A stretch of DNA of 64,000 bases from Myxococcota bacterium. Its GTDB lineage: Bacteria; Myxococcota_A; UBA796; SXON01. The notes under the pieces are model-generated. The model searched no databases. It was given only the letters and a program-made list of their open reading frames with translations, and was not told where the DNA came from. The stretch covers positions 64,001 to 128,000 of the forward strand of contig JAZKFH010000013.1 of the NCBI GenBank assembly GCA_040386535.1, written 5' to 3'. Positions within the stretch are counted from its first letter, which is position 1; every line of letters begins with the position of its first letter. A program made the translations under genes and the position numbers. Positions 27,650-36,468 of the stretch are shown piece by piece.

Positions 27650-28870
27650 TTGGAGATCGGCACGGGCGCGAGCACGTTCTTTCGTGTGAAGCTCGCGCCC
27701 ACGGTCGAGGCCCTGTACGGGGTGGAGGACACGGTCTTCCGGCGCTCGATCGGGGCGCTCCTCGGCCCGCCGCTGCTCCCGGGGAACCGCGTCACGTTGC
27801 TGGTGAACGGCGACAGCTTCTACCCGTCGATGTTGGAGGCCATCCGGGCCGCCGAGCGCACGATCACGCTCGAGACCTACATGATGTGGAGCGGTCGCAT
27901 CGCGAGCACGTTCGTCGAGGCGCTCACGAATCGCGCCCTCGCCGGCGTGCGCGTGCACGTCACCCTCGACTGGTTCGGCAGCCGCAAGCTCGGCGAGGAC
28001 GTGCGCGCCCGGATGCGCGCCGCCGGCATCGAGCTCGCCCTCTACCGCCCGCCCACGTGGGGCAACCTCCTGCGGTTCGACCAGCGCACCCACCGTCGCA
28101 TCCTCGTGGTGGATGGTCGCGTCGGCTTCGCCGGCGGCATGGGCATCACCGACGTGTGGACCGGCAACGCGCAGGGCCCCGGCCACTGGCGTGACACGGC
28201 GGTTCGGGTGGAGGGCCCCGTGGTCGCGCAGCTCCAGGGCGCGTTCGTCGACAACTGGGTCGAGACCACGGGCTCCCTCCTGCACGGCGACGCCTATTTC
28301 CCCGAGCTCCCCCAACGCGGCGACGTGGTCGCCCAGGCGTTCTGGAGCTCCCCGCACGAGGGCAACTACAACGCCCGCGTGATGTACCACCTCTCGATCG
28401 CGTCCGCGAAGCGCACCATCCGCCTCGCCAACGCCTACTTCGTGCCCGATCGCCTCATGATGCGGACGCTCCTCGACGCCCGTGCTCGCGGCGTCGCGGT
28501 CGAGCTCCTCGTCGCCGGCCCCACCGACATCCCGCTCACCCGGTGGGCGGGCCGCCTCCGCTGGGGAAAGCTGCTCACGGCGGGCATCCGCATCTTCGTG
28601 TACCAGGCGGCCGTGCTCCACGCCAAGACGATGGTGGTCGACGACCTCTGGTCCACCGTCGGCTCCGCCAACGTCGACCGCCTCTCCCTCCGCCTCCTCG
28701 ACGAGGTCAACGTCAACGTCCTCGACCCCCGCGTCGCCGCCGAACACGTCGCCATCTTCGAGCAGGACAAGTCCCAATCCATCGAGGTCACCCTCGACGG
28801 CTGGCGCAACCGCAGCTGGTTCTCCCGCGCGAAGGAGTGGTTCGCGGGGTTGCTGGATTCGCGGATGTGA
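27650..28870 (+). CDS. cls: Cardiolipin synthase (ClsB-like phospholipase D family); start uncertain
   Basis: GNRVTLL.NG, WRDT..RVEGP, NAYFVP motifs; PLD motifs HRRILVVD and HAKTMVVD...GSAN.D..S. Confidence 0.88.
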   Translation: MEIGTGASTFFRVKLAPTVEALYGVEDTVFRRSIGALLGPPLLPGNRVTLLVNGDSFYPSMLEAIRAAERTITLETYMMWSGRIASTFVEALTNRALAGVRVHVTLDWFGSRKLGEDVRARMRAAGIELALYRPPTWGNLLRFDQRTHRRILVVDGRVGFAGGMGITDVWTGNAQGPGHWRDTAVRVEGPVVAQLQGAFVDNWVETTGSLLHGDAYFPELPQRGDVVAQAFWSSPHEGNYNARVMYHLSIASAKRTIRLANAYFVPDRLMMRTLLDARARGVAVELLVAGPTDIPLTRWAGRLRWGKLLTAGIRIFVYQAAVLHAKTMVVDDLWSTVGSANVDRLSLRLLDEVNVNVLDPRVAAEHVAIFEQDKSQSIEVTLDGWRNRSWFSRAKEWFAGLLDSRM

Positions 28871-28874
28871 TGGC

Positions 28875-30314
28875 CTATGACGCCCCGCGCCCCCGCAACA
28901 CCGCCGGCACCGTCTTGATCAGCACCTGGAGGTCCAACCAGAGCGACCAGTTCTGGATGTAGTAGATGTCGTGCCGCACCATCTCCGCGAACCCCAGCTC
29001 CGACCGCCCCATCACCTGCCAAAGGCCCGTGATCCCCGGGTTCACCTTCGCCCGCTGCTCGAACCAGTACCGCATCTCCGGATCGTGCTCGATCCCGGCG
29101 AGATCCTCGGCGGGCAGCGGCCGCGGGCCCACGAGGTTCATCTCGCCCCGCAGCACGTTCAGCAGCTGGGGCAGCTCGTCGATCGAGTACTTCCGGATGA
29201 ACCGCCCGATCGGCGTGACCCGAGGGTCGTTCCGCATCTTGAACAGCCGCCCGTCGGACTCGTTCTGGTGGCGGAGTTGGTCCTTGATCTTGTCGGCGCC
29301 GACCACCATCGAGCGGAATTTGAAGAAGTCGAAGGTGCGGCCGCCGCGCCCGAGCCGCTTGGACGCGTACAGCGCCGGCCCGCCGTCGCCGAGGCGGATG
29401 ACGAGCGCGACGACGAGGAGGAACGGCAGCAGCACGGCGCCGCCGCTGAGCACGGCCGCGAGATCGAAGCCGCGTTTGACCTGCGCGGCGAGCGTCGGGT
29501 ACTGGATGCCGGCGAGGTCGATCAGATCGAGCCCACCGATGCGCGCGAACCCGAGGCGCGGGCTGACCACGCCCCACGAATAGGGCGCCTGCAGCACGCG
29601 GAGGCCCATGCGGTCGGCCTGGACGGCGAGCCGCATGGCGTCCTCGCGCGGGAGCGTGCGGGTCGCGAGGATGACGACGCGTACGTCGTGCGCGTTGACC
29701 AGGGCGGGGATGTCCCCGATGTCGCCGAGGATGCGCTCGGGCGCGACATCCGGGGGCCCCGACATCGCGGTGCGCACGTGCCCCGCCACCGTGCATACAT
29801 GCCTCGCGTCGCGGAGGATGCGCTCGCCCATCGCCGCGGCGTCTGGCCCGATTCCCACGATCAGCGCGTTGACCGCGGTGGGCGGCACCTCGAGCCGCAG
29901 GAGCAGCCGGAAGATCAACAGGCGGGCGGCCGTCACGTACATCCAGCAGAACCCGAGCAGCGGGACGACGAGCCCCTTCGGGTAGACCCGCTCGGCCAGC
30001 GCGGCGTTCACCACCAGCGTGAACATCGTCATGTAGACGGCGCTCCGCGTGGTCGCCGACACGATGCGGACGCTGTTCTCCATGCGTCCGGGGTCGTGCA
30101 GGCCGAGCTGGCGGAGCGCGAAGAGCCACCCGATCAGGTAGACCGAGCCCGCCGGCATCCAGGGGTTCGGGAGGAACAGCTCCCAGAGCTGCACCTGCAC
30201 GAGGTGCTGGAGGTTGGGCGCGAGCCACAACCAGAACACCCATGCCGTCGCGATGCCGGCCAGCACGGCGGCGGCGTCGAGGAGGGCGAGACCGAAGGCG
30301 ACGCGACGGCGCAT
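28875..30314 (-). CDS. Polyprenyl glycosylphosphotransferase (WcaJ/WbaP-like initiating transferase)
   Basis: 4 N-terminal TMs, CoA-binding-like middle; KR.FD, KFRSM, DPRVT.IG...RK.SIDELPQL.NVL.G.M.LVGPRP, PGITGLWQV motifs. Confidence 0.95.
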   Translation of the reverse strand: MRRRVAFGLALLDAAAVLAGIATAWVFWLWLAPNLQHLVQVQLWELFLPNPWMPAGSVYLIGWLFALRQLGLHDPGRMENSVRIVSATTRSAVYMTMFTLVVNAALAERVYPKGLVVPLLGFCWMYVTAARLLIFRLLLRLEVPPTAVNALIVGIGPDAAAMGERILRDARHVCTVAGHVRTAMSGPPDVAPERILGDIGDIPALVNAHDVRVVILATRTLPREDAMRLAVQADRMGLRVLQAPYSWGVVSPRLGFARIGGLDLIDLAGIQYPTLAAQVKRGFDLAAVLSGGAVLLPFLLVVALVIRLGDGGPALYASKRLGRGGRTFDFFKFRSMVVGADKIKDQLRHQNESDGRLFKMRNDPRVTPIGRFIRKYSIDELPQLLNVLRGEMNLVGPRPLPAEDLAGIEHDPEMRYWFEQRAKVNPGITGLWQVMGRSELGFAEMVRHDIYYIQNWSLWLDLQVLIKTVPAVLRGRGAS

Positions 30315-30317
30315 CGG

Positions 30318-31046
30318 CTACTGAGCGACGACGTTCGAGCCCGCGGCGCCGCCGGAGATGATGTTCCGGTAGATGGCGGACCCGGACACGGCCGGGGCGA
30401 GGACCGCCTGGATCCGTCGGAAGAAGCGCTCGACGTTCGTGATGGTCTTCGCGGGCACGTACACGATGTCGCCGCGCTGGAGGTAGACCATCTGGGAGAA
30501 GTCCCCCTTGCCGTAGATCGCGTCGACGTTGACGGTGAAGAGCGTGGGCTTGTCGACGCCGCCGCGGATGACGAGGACGTTGCTCGTGCGCGCGTCGGGG
30601 TTGATGCCGCCGGTGCGCGTCAGGGCCTCGAGCAGGGACATCTCGTTCACGATCTGGAGCACCTGGGGGGTCTCCACCTCGCCGATGACGACCACCTTCT
30701 GGTTGGTCACCGCCGTGATGTTCACGGAGACCTGCGCGTCCACGTAGTACTCGTCGATCGCGCTCTGGAGCTTCGCCACCACGGCCTCGTAGCCGAGGCC
30801 CGCGAGGACCACGCGCCCGACGAGGGGGTAGGTGATCGCGCCGTCGGGGGCGATCGTCACGTCGACCGTCAGATCGTCGTGCCGCCACACCCAGATGCGC
30901 AGGCTGTCCCCCGGGCCGAACATGAACGCCTGGGCCGAGGGGAGCCGCAGCACCTCGTCGGTGTCCGCCACGTTCGGGGGGGCCTGCATGGGCGCGCACG
31001 CGGGGAGCGCGCAGAGGAGGCCGAGCAATAGGTGCGACAGCCGCAT
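30318..31046 (-). CDS. wza: Polysaccharide export (OPX/Wza) lipoprotein
   Basis: Lipobox-like LPA-C; GPGD.L.I.VW, PDG.I.YPLVG.V...G Poly_export motif; SLBB domain; C-terminal amphipathic ERFFRRIQAVLAP. Confidence 0.9.
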   Translation of the reverse strand: MRLSHLLLGLLCALPACAPMQAPPNVADTDEVLRLPSAQAFMFGPGDSLRIWVWRHDDLTVDVTIAPDGAITYPLVGRVVLAGLGYEAVVAKLQSAIDEYYVDAQVSVNITAVTNQKVVVIGEVETPQVLQIVNEMSLLEALTRTGGINPDARTSNVLVIRGGVDKPTLFTVNVDAIYGKGDFSQMVYLQRGDIVYVPAKTITNVERFFRRIQAVLAPAVSGSAIYRNIISGGAAGSNVVAQ

Positions 31047-31254
31047 GGGCGCCCGCATACCACAGCGCGGCGTCGGCCGCGAGCAAGCTCACGAGGAGCG
31101 CCCGTTGTTCCGGGCCGCCCCGCCGCGTTGTTCCCGGTTGCCACGGAACGACCCGCGTGGCTATAGGGCGGGGGCCGCCCGGCCAGGGCCCCTCGTCCGC
31201 CCGCCCCAGGCAGATGACGAGGCGGCTGCCTCGCCTTCCGGCGCCACGGAGTTC

Positions 31255-33372
31255 ATGGAGCTTCTCAAGGTCTACGCCGCGCTGCTCCGGAGGAAGTGGA
31301 TCTTCCTCCAGGCCATCGTGTTCTTCACGGTGGGCGCGGGTGCGCTCGCGATGGTGCTCCCCAAGCGGTACCAGGCCACGGCGAAGCTGTCGGTGGAGTC
31401 CTCGTCCGCCGAGCTCTCGATCCTCGGCGAGATGGACCTCGGCGAGATGGCGCAGTCGCTCTCGGGCTCGAGCGACGACATGCAGACCAAGATCTCGCTC
31501 GCGCAGATGCGCCCCGTCCTGGACGAGGTGGTGTGGCGCCTCCAGCTCCGCGACACCGACGGCGAGCTGCTCGTGGCGGAGAAGCTCCTGGTGCCCGGCA
31601 TCGACGGCGAGCTGCTCGCGCAGCCCTACGTCGAGATCACGCAGGCGCAGGGCACGAACATCCTCCTGTTCACCGCGAACGCCGGCACCCCCGAGCTCTC
31701 CGCCCTCCTCGCCGACACCATCGTCACCGTGTACCTCGAAGTCACGATGGAGAGCGCGAAGAAGGACACGCGGGAGGCGCTCAAGTTCGTCGAGTCCGAG
31801 CTCGAGAAGCTCCAGTCCGAATTCGACGTCGCGCTCGGTCGCGTCGCCTCGGCGCTCCAGGCCGAGCAGATCATCGATCTCGACGCGGAGACCAAGGCCG
31901 CGGTGGGCCGCGCCAGCACGCTCGTGGGCGAGATCGTCACGGTCGACGCCGAGATGGCCGATCTCCAGGCCCAGATCCGGCAGATCAAGCGCGGGAACGA
32001 CGCCGAGTCCGTGGCCCTCGTGAGCCCGGGCTCCATCGCCACGAACATCCAGGTACGCGAGCTGCGCGGCAAGCTGACCGAGATCCGGTTGAGCCGCCAA
32101 TCCCAGCTCCTCGACAAGACGCCGAAGCACCCGGACATCCTCGACCTCGATCGCCAGATCGCCAGCGTCGAGGCCGAGATCACGCTGGCGCTACGCGAGC
32201 AGCACGAGCTCGACCCGGCGGTCGAGGGGCTCCAGGTACAGTACGCGGGCCTGCTCATGCGCCGCGGCGAGCTCGTGTCCGCGGTGCAGGCCACCGTGGC
32301 CGAGGCCGGCACCTTCCCCGAGAAGGGCCGGAAGATCGCCGAGCTCCAGCTCACCGCCGACGCGACTCAGTCGATCTACAAGTCGCTCCTCGAGCAGCAG
32401 TACCAGATCGCCGTGGCCGAGGCGATGACCGTGTCGGACATGAAGTCCGTCGAGCCGGCCAAGGCGCCCGATCGCGCCGCGGAGCCGAAGCTCCTCGTCT
32501 ACCTGGTGCTCGGCGGCATCGTCGGCATCGGCATGGGGTTCGGCCTCGTCTTCCTGCTCGAGTACGTCGACGACAGCATCAAGTCGGGGGAGGACATCCG
32601 GCTCGCCTGGCCGCTCCCGGTGCTCGGCCTCGTGCCGACCTACAAGCTCAAGGGCGCCACCCAGCTCATCCACGGCCTCCCGCCGACCGATCCGTTGTTC
32701 GAGTCGTACCGCGCCATCCGCAACAGCATCGCGTTCGCGGGTGTCGACGCGCCGATCGACATCCTCACCGTCACGTCGAGCATCCCGGGGGAGGGCAAGA
32801 GCACCTTCTGCACGAACCTCGCGATCTGCCTCGCGAACGACGGCAAGCGCGTGGTCATCGTGGACTGTGACCTGCGGCGCCCCACCCAGCACAAGAGCTT
32901 CCCGACGCTCGGTAACGACCGCGGCGTGTCCTCGGTGCTCTCGCAGACCATGGTGCTCGCGGACGCCGTGCAGTCCACGCCCGTCGCCAACCTCTCCATC
33001 CTCACGTCCGGCCCGCTCCCGAACAACCCGGGGCGCCTCGTCGAGAGCCTGCGGCTCCGCCAGATGTTGCAGGAGCTCGCGCGCAACTTCGACATGGTGC
33101 TGGTGGACGCGCCGCCCATCCTCGCCGTGGGGGACGCCCTGAACCTCGGGCGCGCCTCGAAGGGCACCCTCATCGTCGTCGAGGCGGGCCGCACGACCCG
33201 CCGGATGTTGACCGACCTGCGCGGCCGCATCGAGGGCAGCGGGTTCGAGCCGATCGGCATCGTCCTGAACAAGGTCGACGCGCGAACCAGCGGGTATGGA
33301 AACTACCGGGCGTATACCCGCCTGTATGCCCAGCGTCCCCAGGACGTGGGCCCCAAGGCCAAGGGCGCATGA
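31255..33372 (+). CDS. wzc: Polysaccharide co-polymerase tyrosine autokinase (Wzc)
   Basis: Two TMs flanking a coiled-coil periplasmic domain (HPD motif); Walker A SSIPGEGKST, VDCDLRRP, VLVDAPP; Tyr cluster GYGNYRAYTRLY. Confidence 0.93.
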   Translation: MELLKVYAALLRRKWIFLQAIVFFTVGAGALAMVLPKRYQATAKLSVESSSAELSILGEMDLGEMAQSLSGSSDDMQTKISLAQMRPVLDEVVWRLQLRDTDGELLVAEKLLVPGIDGELLAQPYVEITQAQGTNILLFTANAGTPELSALLADTIVTVYLEVTMESAKKDTREALKFVESELEKLQSEFDVALGRVASALQAEQIIDLDAETKAAVGRASTLVGEIVTVDAEMADLQAQIRQIKRGNDAESVALVSPGSIATNIQVRELRGKLTEIRLSRQSQLLDKTPKHPDILDLDRQIASVEAEITLALREQHELDPAVEGLQVQYAGLLMRRGELVSAVQATVAEAGTFPEKGRKIAELQLTADATQSIYKSLLEQQYQIAVAEAMTVSDMKSVEPAKAPDRAAEPKLLVYLVLGGIVGIGMGFGLVFLLEYVDDSIKSGEDIRLAWPLPVLGLVPTYKLKGATQLIHGLPPTDPLFESYRAIRNSIAFAGVDAPIDILTVTSSIPGEGKSTFCTNLAICLANDGKRVVIVDCDLRRPTQHKSFPTLGNDRGVSSVLSQTMVLADAVQSTPVANLSILTSGPLPNNPGRLVESLRLRQMLQELARNFDMVLVDAPPILAVGDALNLGRASKGTLIVVEAGRTTRRMLTDLRGRIEGSGFEPIGIVLNKVDARTSGYGNYRAYTRLYAQRPQDVGPKAKGA

Positions 33373-33902
33373 TGCTCCTCTCTCTCCTGGTCGCGTGTGG
33401 TGCCGGCCCCGACGAGATCGCGACAGCGATCAAGTCGGAGAACCCGGTGATGCGCGAAGACGGCGCGAAGATCGCCCAGAACTTTGACGATACCGTGGTG
33501 ATCGAGGCCCTGGTCTCCGTCCTCGCCGACCCCTCCGAGCAGGTCCGGCTCAACGCCGTCGAGTCCCTCGCAGAGCTCGAGGCGACCACGGCGGCGCCCG
33601 CGCTCGTCGAGCGGCTGGAGAAGGACGAGAGCCCGAAGGTCAAGCGCGCTGCGGCGGACGCGATCGGCCGGCTCGTCGCGAAAGAGGGCGTGCCCGCGCT
33701 CCTCGCCTACCTCGCCACGTTCCCCTCGAACGACCGCGAGCAGCTCGCCGCGATCTGGGCCATCGGCCACATCGGGGACGAGGGCGGACTCGAGCCCGAC
33801 GTCAAGAAGAGCGCCCTGCTCGCGCTCGTGCAGATTCGCGACACGACGACCGATCCCTACGTCCGCTACAACACCAACGCGGCGTTGCGGACCCTCAAGT
33901 AG
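33369..33902 (+). CDS. HEAT-repeat lipoprotein
   Basis: MMLLSLLVA-C lipobox; L.D....VR..A..L repeats; ATGA overlap with wzc. Confidence 0.8.
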   Translation: MMLLSLLVACGAGPDEIATAIKSENPVMREDGAKIAQNFDDTVVIEALVSVLADPSEQVRLNAVESLAELEATTAAPALVERLEKDESPKVKRAAADAIGRLVAKEGVPALLAYLATFPSNDREQLAAIWAIGHIGDEGGLEPDVKKSALLALVQIRDTTTDPYVRYNTNAALRTLK

Positions 33903-33905
33903 CCG

Positions 33906-34967
33906 TCACGGCTCCCAGCGAGTGAGCGTGTTCGGGGCGCGCTCCGGCACCCACGGGAGCACCGGGCCGCCGAGGCCGCGGTCGCCGAGGGGAGGGGAGA
34001 CCGGGGCAGGCACGTCCGTGCGGTTCTCGCAGCGGAGCGTGACCATCCAGCGCTCGTCGGGCTCCTCGAGAGACACGATCCGCTCGAAGCGCAGGTTCCA
34101 GCTGCCCCGCCAGGGGAGGAGCCACATGACGCCACCGGAGAGCCGGCCTGGGTCCGGGGCCTTCTCGACGCTGCGGGCGCTCCCGATGAGGTACAGCCGC
34201 GGCCGGATCTGTTCGCGCCCGGACACGACCCACGCGAGGTTCTCGGGGGCCACCTCGACGCGCACCGAGGACAGGCCGATCTCGGTGAGGTTCATCCACG
34301 CGGTGTACCGGATCAACGCGGCTTCGGGCGGAGCATCCACGTCGCGGAGCTCCCAGTCGACGCCCACACCGAGGGAAGGAACGGGGGCCTTCTTCACCAC
34401 GCGGAGGGGGCCGACCTCCTCCTCCGCGCGCTCCACGGCGCGCCGCGCGGGCCCGCCGCTCCGGTGGGTCACCGCCACCTCGTCGCGATTGCGGCGTCGC
34501 ACGTCGAACGAGGGAGACAGGACGGTGTCCGCGACGAGGTACACGCCGTACAGGACGGGGGCGCGCTCCAGGGCCTCGTCGAACAGCTTCTCCCCGGCGA
34601 GGAGCGAGCCCGCGACCGCGGTGTCGCGCCACGCGGTGGGGGAGAGCGCGTCGAGGGGGAGCCCGCGACCCGTCGCGTCGAGCAGCCGCCAGTGGACGTC
34701 GGCCTGGGCAACCACGGGCCCGAACGCCGCGCTTGCCCGGGTGCCTCCCATGGTGTCCTCCACGATCTGCTGGTAGCGCCGCCCGTAGTGGAAACCGACG
34801 CGGTGCAGCCCGTTCCCCACGGGGACCGCCTCCCAACGTGGCGCGGGCTGGGTGTCAGGGGGCTGGAGGTCCGCGGGCAGAGGCACCGCCCAGGCGAGCT
34901 CCGCGGGAAGCGGGCCGTGCAGCACGGGTGCGGCGGCGAGCGCACCCGTGAGGAGCGGCACGAGCAT
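33906..34967 (-). CDS. Hypothetical secreted protein, possible C-terminal beta-barrel
   Basis: Short signal MLVPLLTGALA-A; Trp-rich alternating beta segments in the C-terminal third; fills the gap between recognisable genes. Confidence 0.55.
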   Translation of the reverse strand: MLVPLLTGALAAAPVLHGPLPAELAWAVPLPADLQPPDTQPAPRWEAVPVGNGLHRVGFHYGRRYQQIVEDTMGGTRASAAFGPVVAQADVHWRLLDATGRGLPLDALSPTAWRDTAVAGSLLAGEKLFDEALERAPVLYGVYLVADTVLSPSFDVRRRNRDEVAVTHRSGGPARRAVERAEEEVGPLRVVKKAPVPSLGVGVDWELRDVDAPPEAALIRYTAWMNLTEIGLSSVRVEVAPENLAWVVSGREQIRPRLYLIGSARSVEKAPDPGRLSGGVMWLLPWRGSWNLRFERIVSLEEPDERWMVTLRCENRTDVPAPVSPPLGDRGLGGPVLPWVPERAPNTLTRWEP

Positions 34968-34989
34968 CGTCACCACGCTACCATGCGCC

Positions 34990-36468
34990 ATGTTCGGGCT
35001 GTTGGTGCTCCCGGCGGCGGCGGAGCCGTGGTTGGATCCGGTCGCCACCGCGGCGAGCGAGTGCGTGCGTGCCCACGCCGTGGACACGTTCCTGGGGGAC
35101 GGCCGCCGCGCGCCGATCGACCTCGCCCGCAAGCTCGACGCGGACTGCGCCGAACCTCTCGCCGTCGATCTGCGCCCCGAGCAGGACGTGGACGGGTGGC
35201 GCCCCACCTGGGCCGTCCGCCCGTGGCTGCGCGTGAGCGGCGGGGACGCCGTGGCCGACAACCTCCGCGGGGACATCGAGCCCGGGCTGGTCACCGGGAC
35301 GCTGGGCGCCGCGGGATCGTTCTACGCCGGCCCGTTCACCGTGCTCGTCGAGCCCGAGGTGCAGGGCGGCGTGGTCCCGGGGCTGACCGGGGATGCCCGC
35401 TTCGCGACGTTGTGGGGCGGCGTGGCGTGGCGGGGGCTCTCCCTCGGCTTCGGGCTGCGCGACCGTTGGCTCGGCCCCGGGCGCCACGGCGCGCTGCTGC
35501 TGTCCGACAATGCGCGTCCCCCGTGGCTCGCCACCGGCGTGGTCGAGGGGCGCCTCCCCGCGTGGTTCGATCGGCTCGGGCGCTTCCGCGTCGAGGCGGG
35601 GGCCGGTTGGCTCGCCGAGCCGCGGGACGACGTGACGCGACCCGGCCTGCTCCTCATGGATCTGCGGTGGTTGCCGGTGCCCTGGATCGAGCTCGGCGCC
35701 ACGCGCCTCTCCCTCTTCGGCGGCGTCGATCGCCCCGCGGTGAACGTGGGGCAGCTGCTCGTCCCCACCGAGCCCCACATCTACGAGGATCCCGACCAGG
35801 AGCTGCCCGATCAGAACGAGCTCGCGGCGCTGGACGCGCGTGTGACCCTCCCGCTTGGCGCGTGGACCCAGCTCCCCGTGGACTACGTGGAGGCGTGGTG
35901 GCAGTACGGCGGCGAGGACGTGATCGGGCGCAAGCTCGGCCCGATCCCGTACCCGTCGCTCGCCGGTGTCGGCAATCTCTACGGCGGCGCGGTGAAGATC
36001 GCGCCCATCGTCGTGACGGCTGAGTACACGCGGCTGCTGGACGACTACTTCCGCTGGTACGTCGCGCACCGCGTGTATCACGACGGTTTCACCCAGGACG
36101 ACCGTGTGATGGGGCACTTCGGCGGGCCGGACAGCGAGACGGTGTACGGCGCCGTTGCCTGGGAGGGGGACGGCGATGCCCCCGGGCGCCTCCGCGGCTG
36201 GGTCGACTGGACGCGGCGGGTCGGCGTGGTGGAGGCCCTCAACGACAAGCTGTTCACGCTCATGACCGAGGAGCACCGGCTCCGCGCGGGCCTCGACGGC
36301 ATGTGGCGGCTGCCCGAGGGTGGCTGGATCAGCGCCGGGTACAGCTACGAGCACGTCACCGGCGTGGATTTTGTGCCCGAGACCGTCGAGGATCGGCACC
36401 GCGTCTACGTCGGCGTCTCTCCTGCCCGTGTCTTCGGCTCGGGTAGCGGCCGCGGAACGGCCCGGTGA
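34990..36468 (+). CDS. wzi: Capsule assembly Wzi family outer-membrane protein
   Basis: G...RWLGPG..GALLLSDNA.P signature; ELGATR..LFGG, NELAALD and Y..GGED motifs. Confidence 0.85.
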   Translation: MFGLLVLPAAAEPWLDPVATAASECVRAHAVDTFLGDGRRAPIDLARKLDADCAEPLAVDLRPEQDVDGWRPTWAVRPWLRVSGGDAVADNLRGDIEPGLVTGTLGAAGSFYAGPFTVLVEPEVQGGVVPGLTGDARFATLWGGVAWRGLSLGFGLRDRWLGPGRHGALLLSDNARPPWLATGVVEGRLPAWFDRLGRFRVEAGAGWLAEPRDDVTRPGLLLMDLRWLPVPWIELGATRLSLFGGVDRPAVNVGQLLVPTEPHIYEDPDQELPDQNELAALDARVTLPLGAWTQLPVDYVEAWWQYGGEDVIGRKLGPIPYPSLAGVGNLYGGAVKIAPIVVTAEYTRLLDDYFRWYVAHRVYHDGFTQDDRVMGHFGGPDSETVYGAVAWEGDGDAPGRLRGWVDWTRRVGVVEALNDKLFTLMTEEHRLRAGLDGMWRLPEGGWISAGYSYEHVTGVDFVPETVEDRHRVYVGVSPARVFGSGSGRGTAR

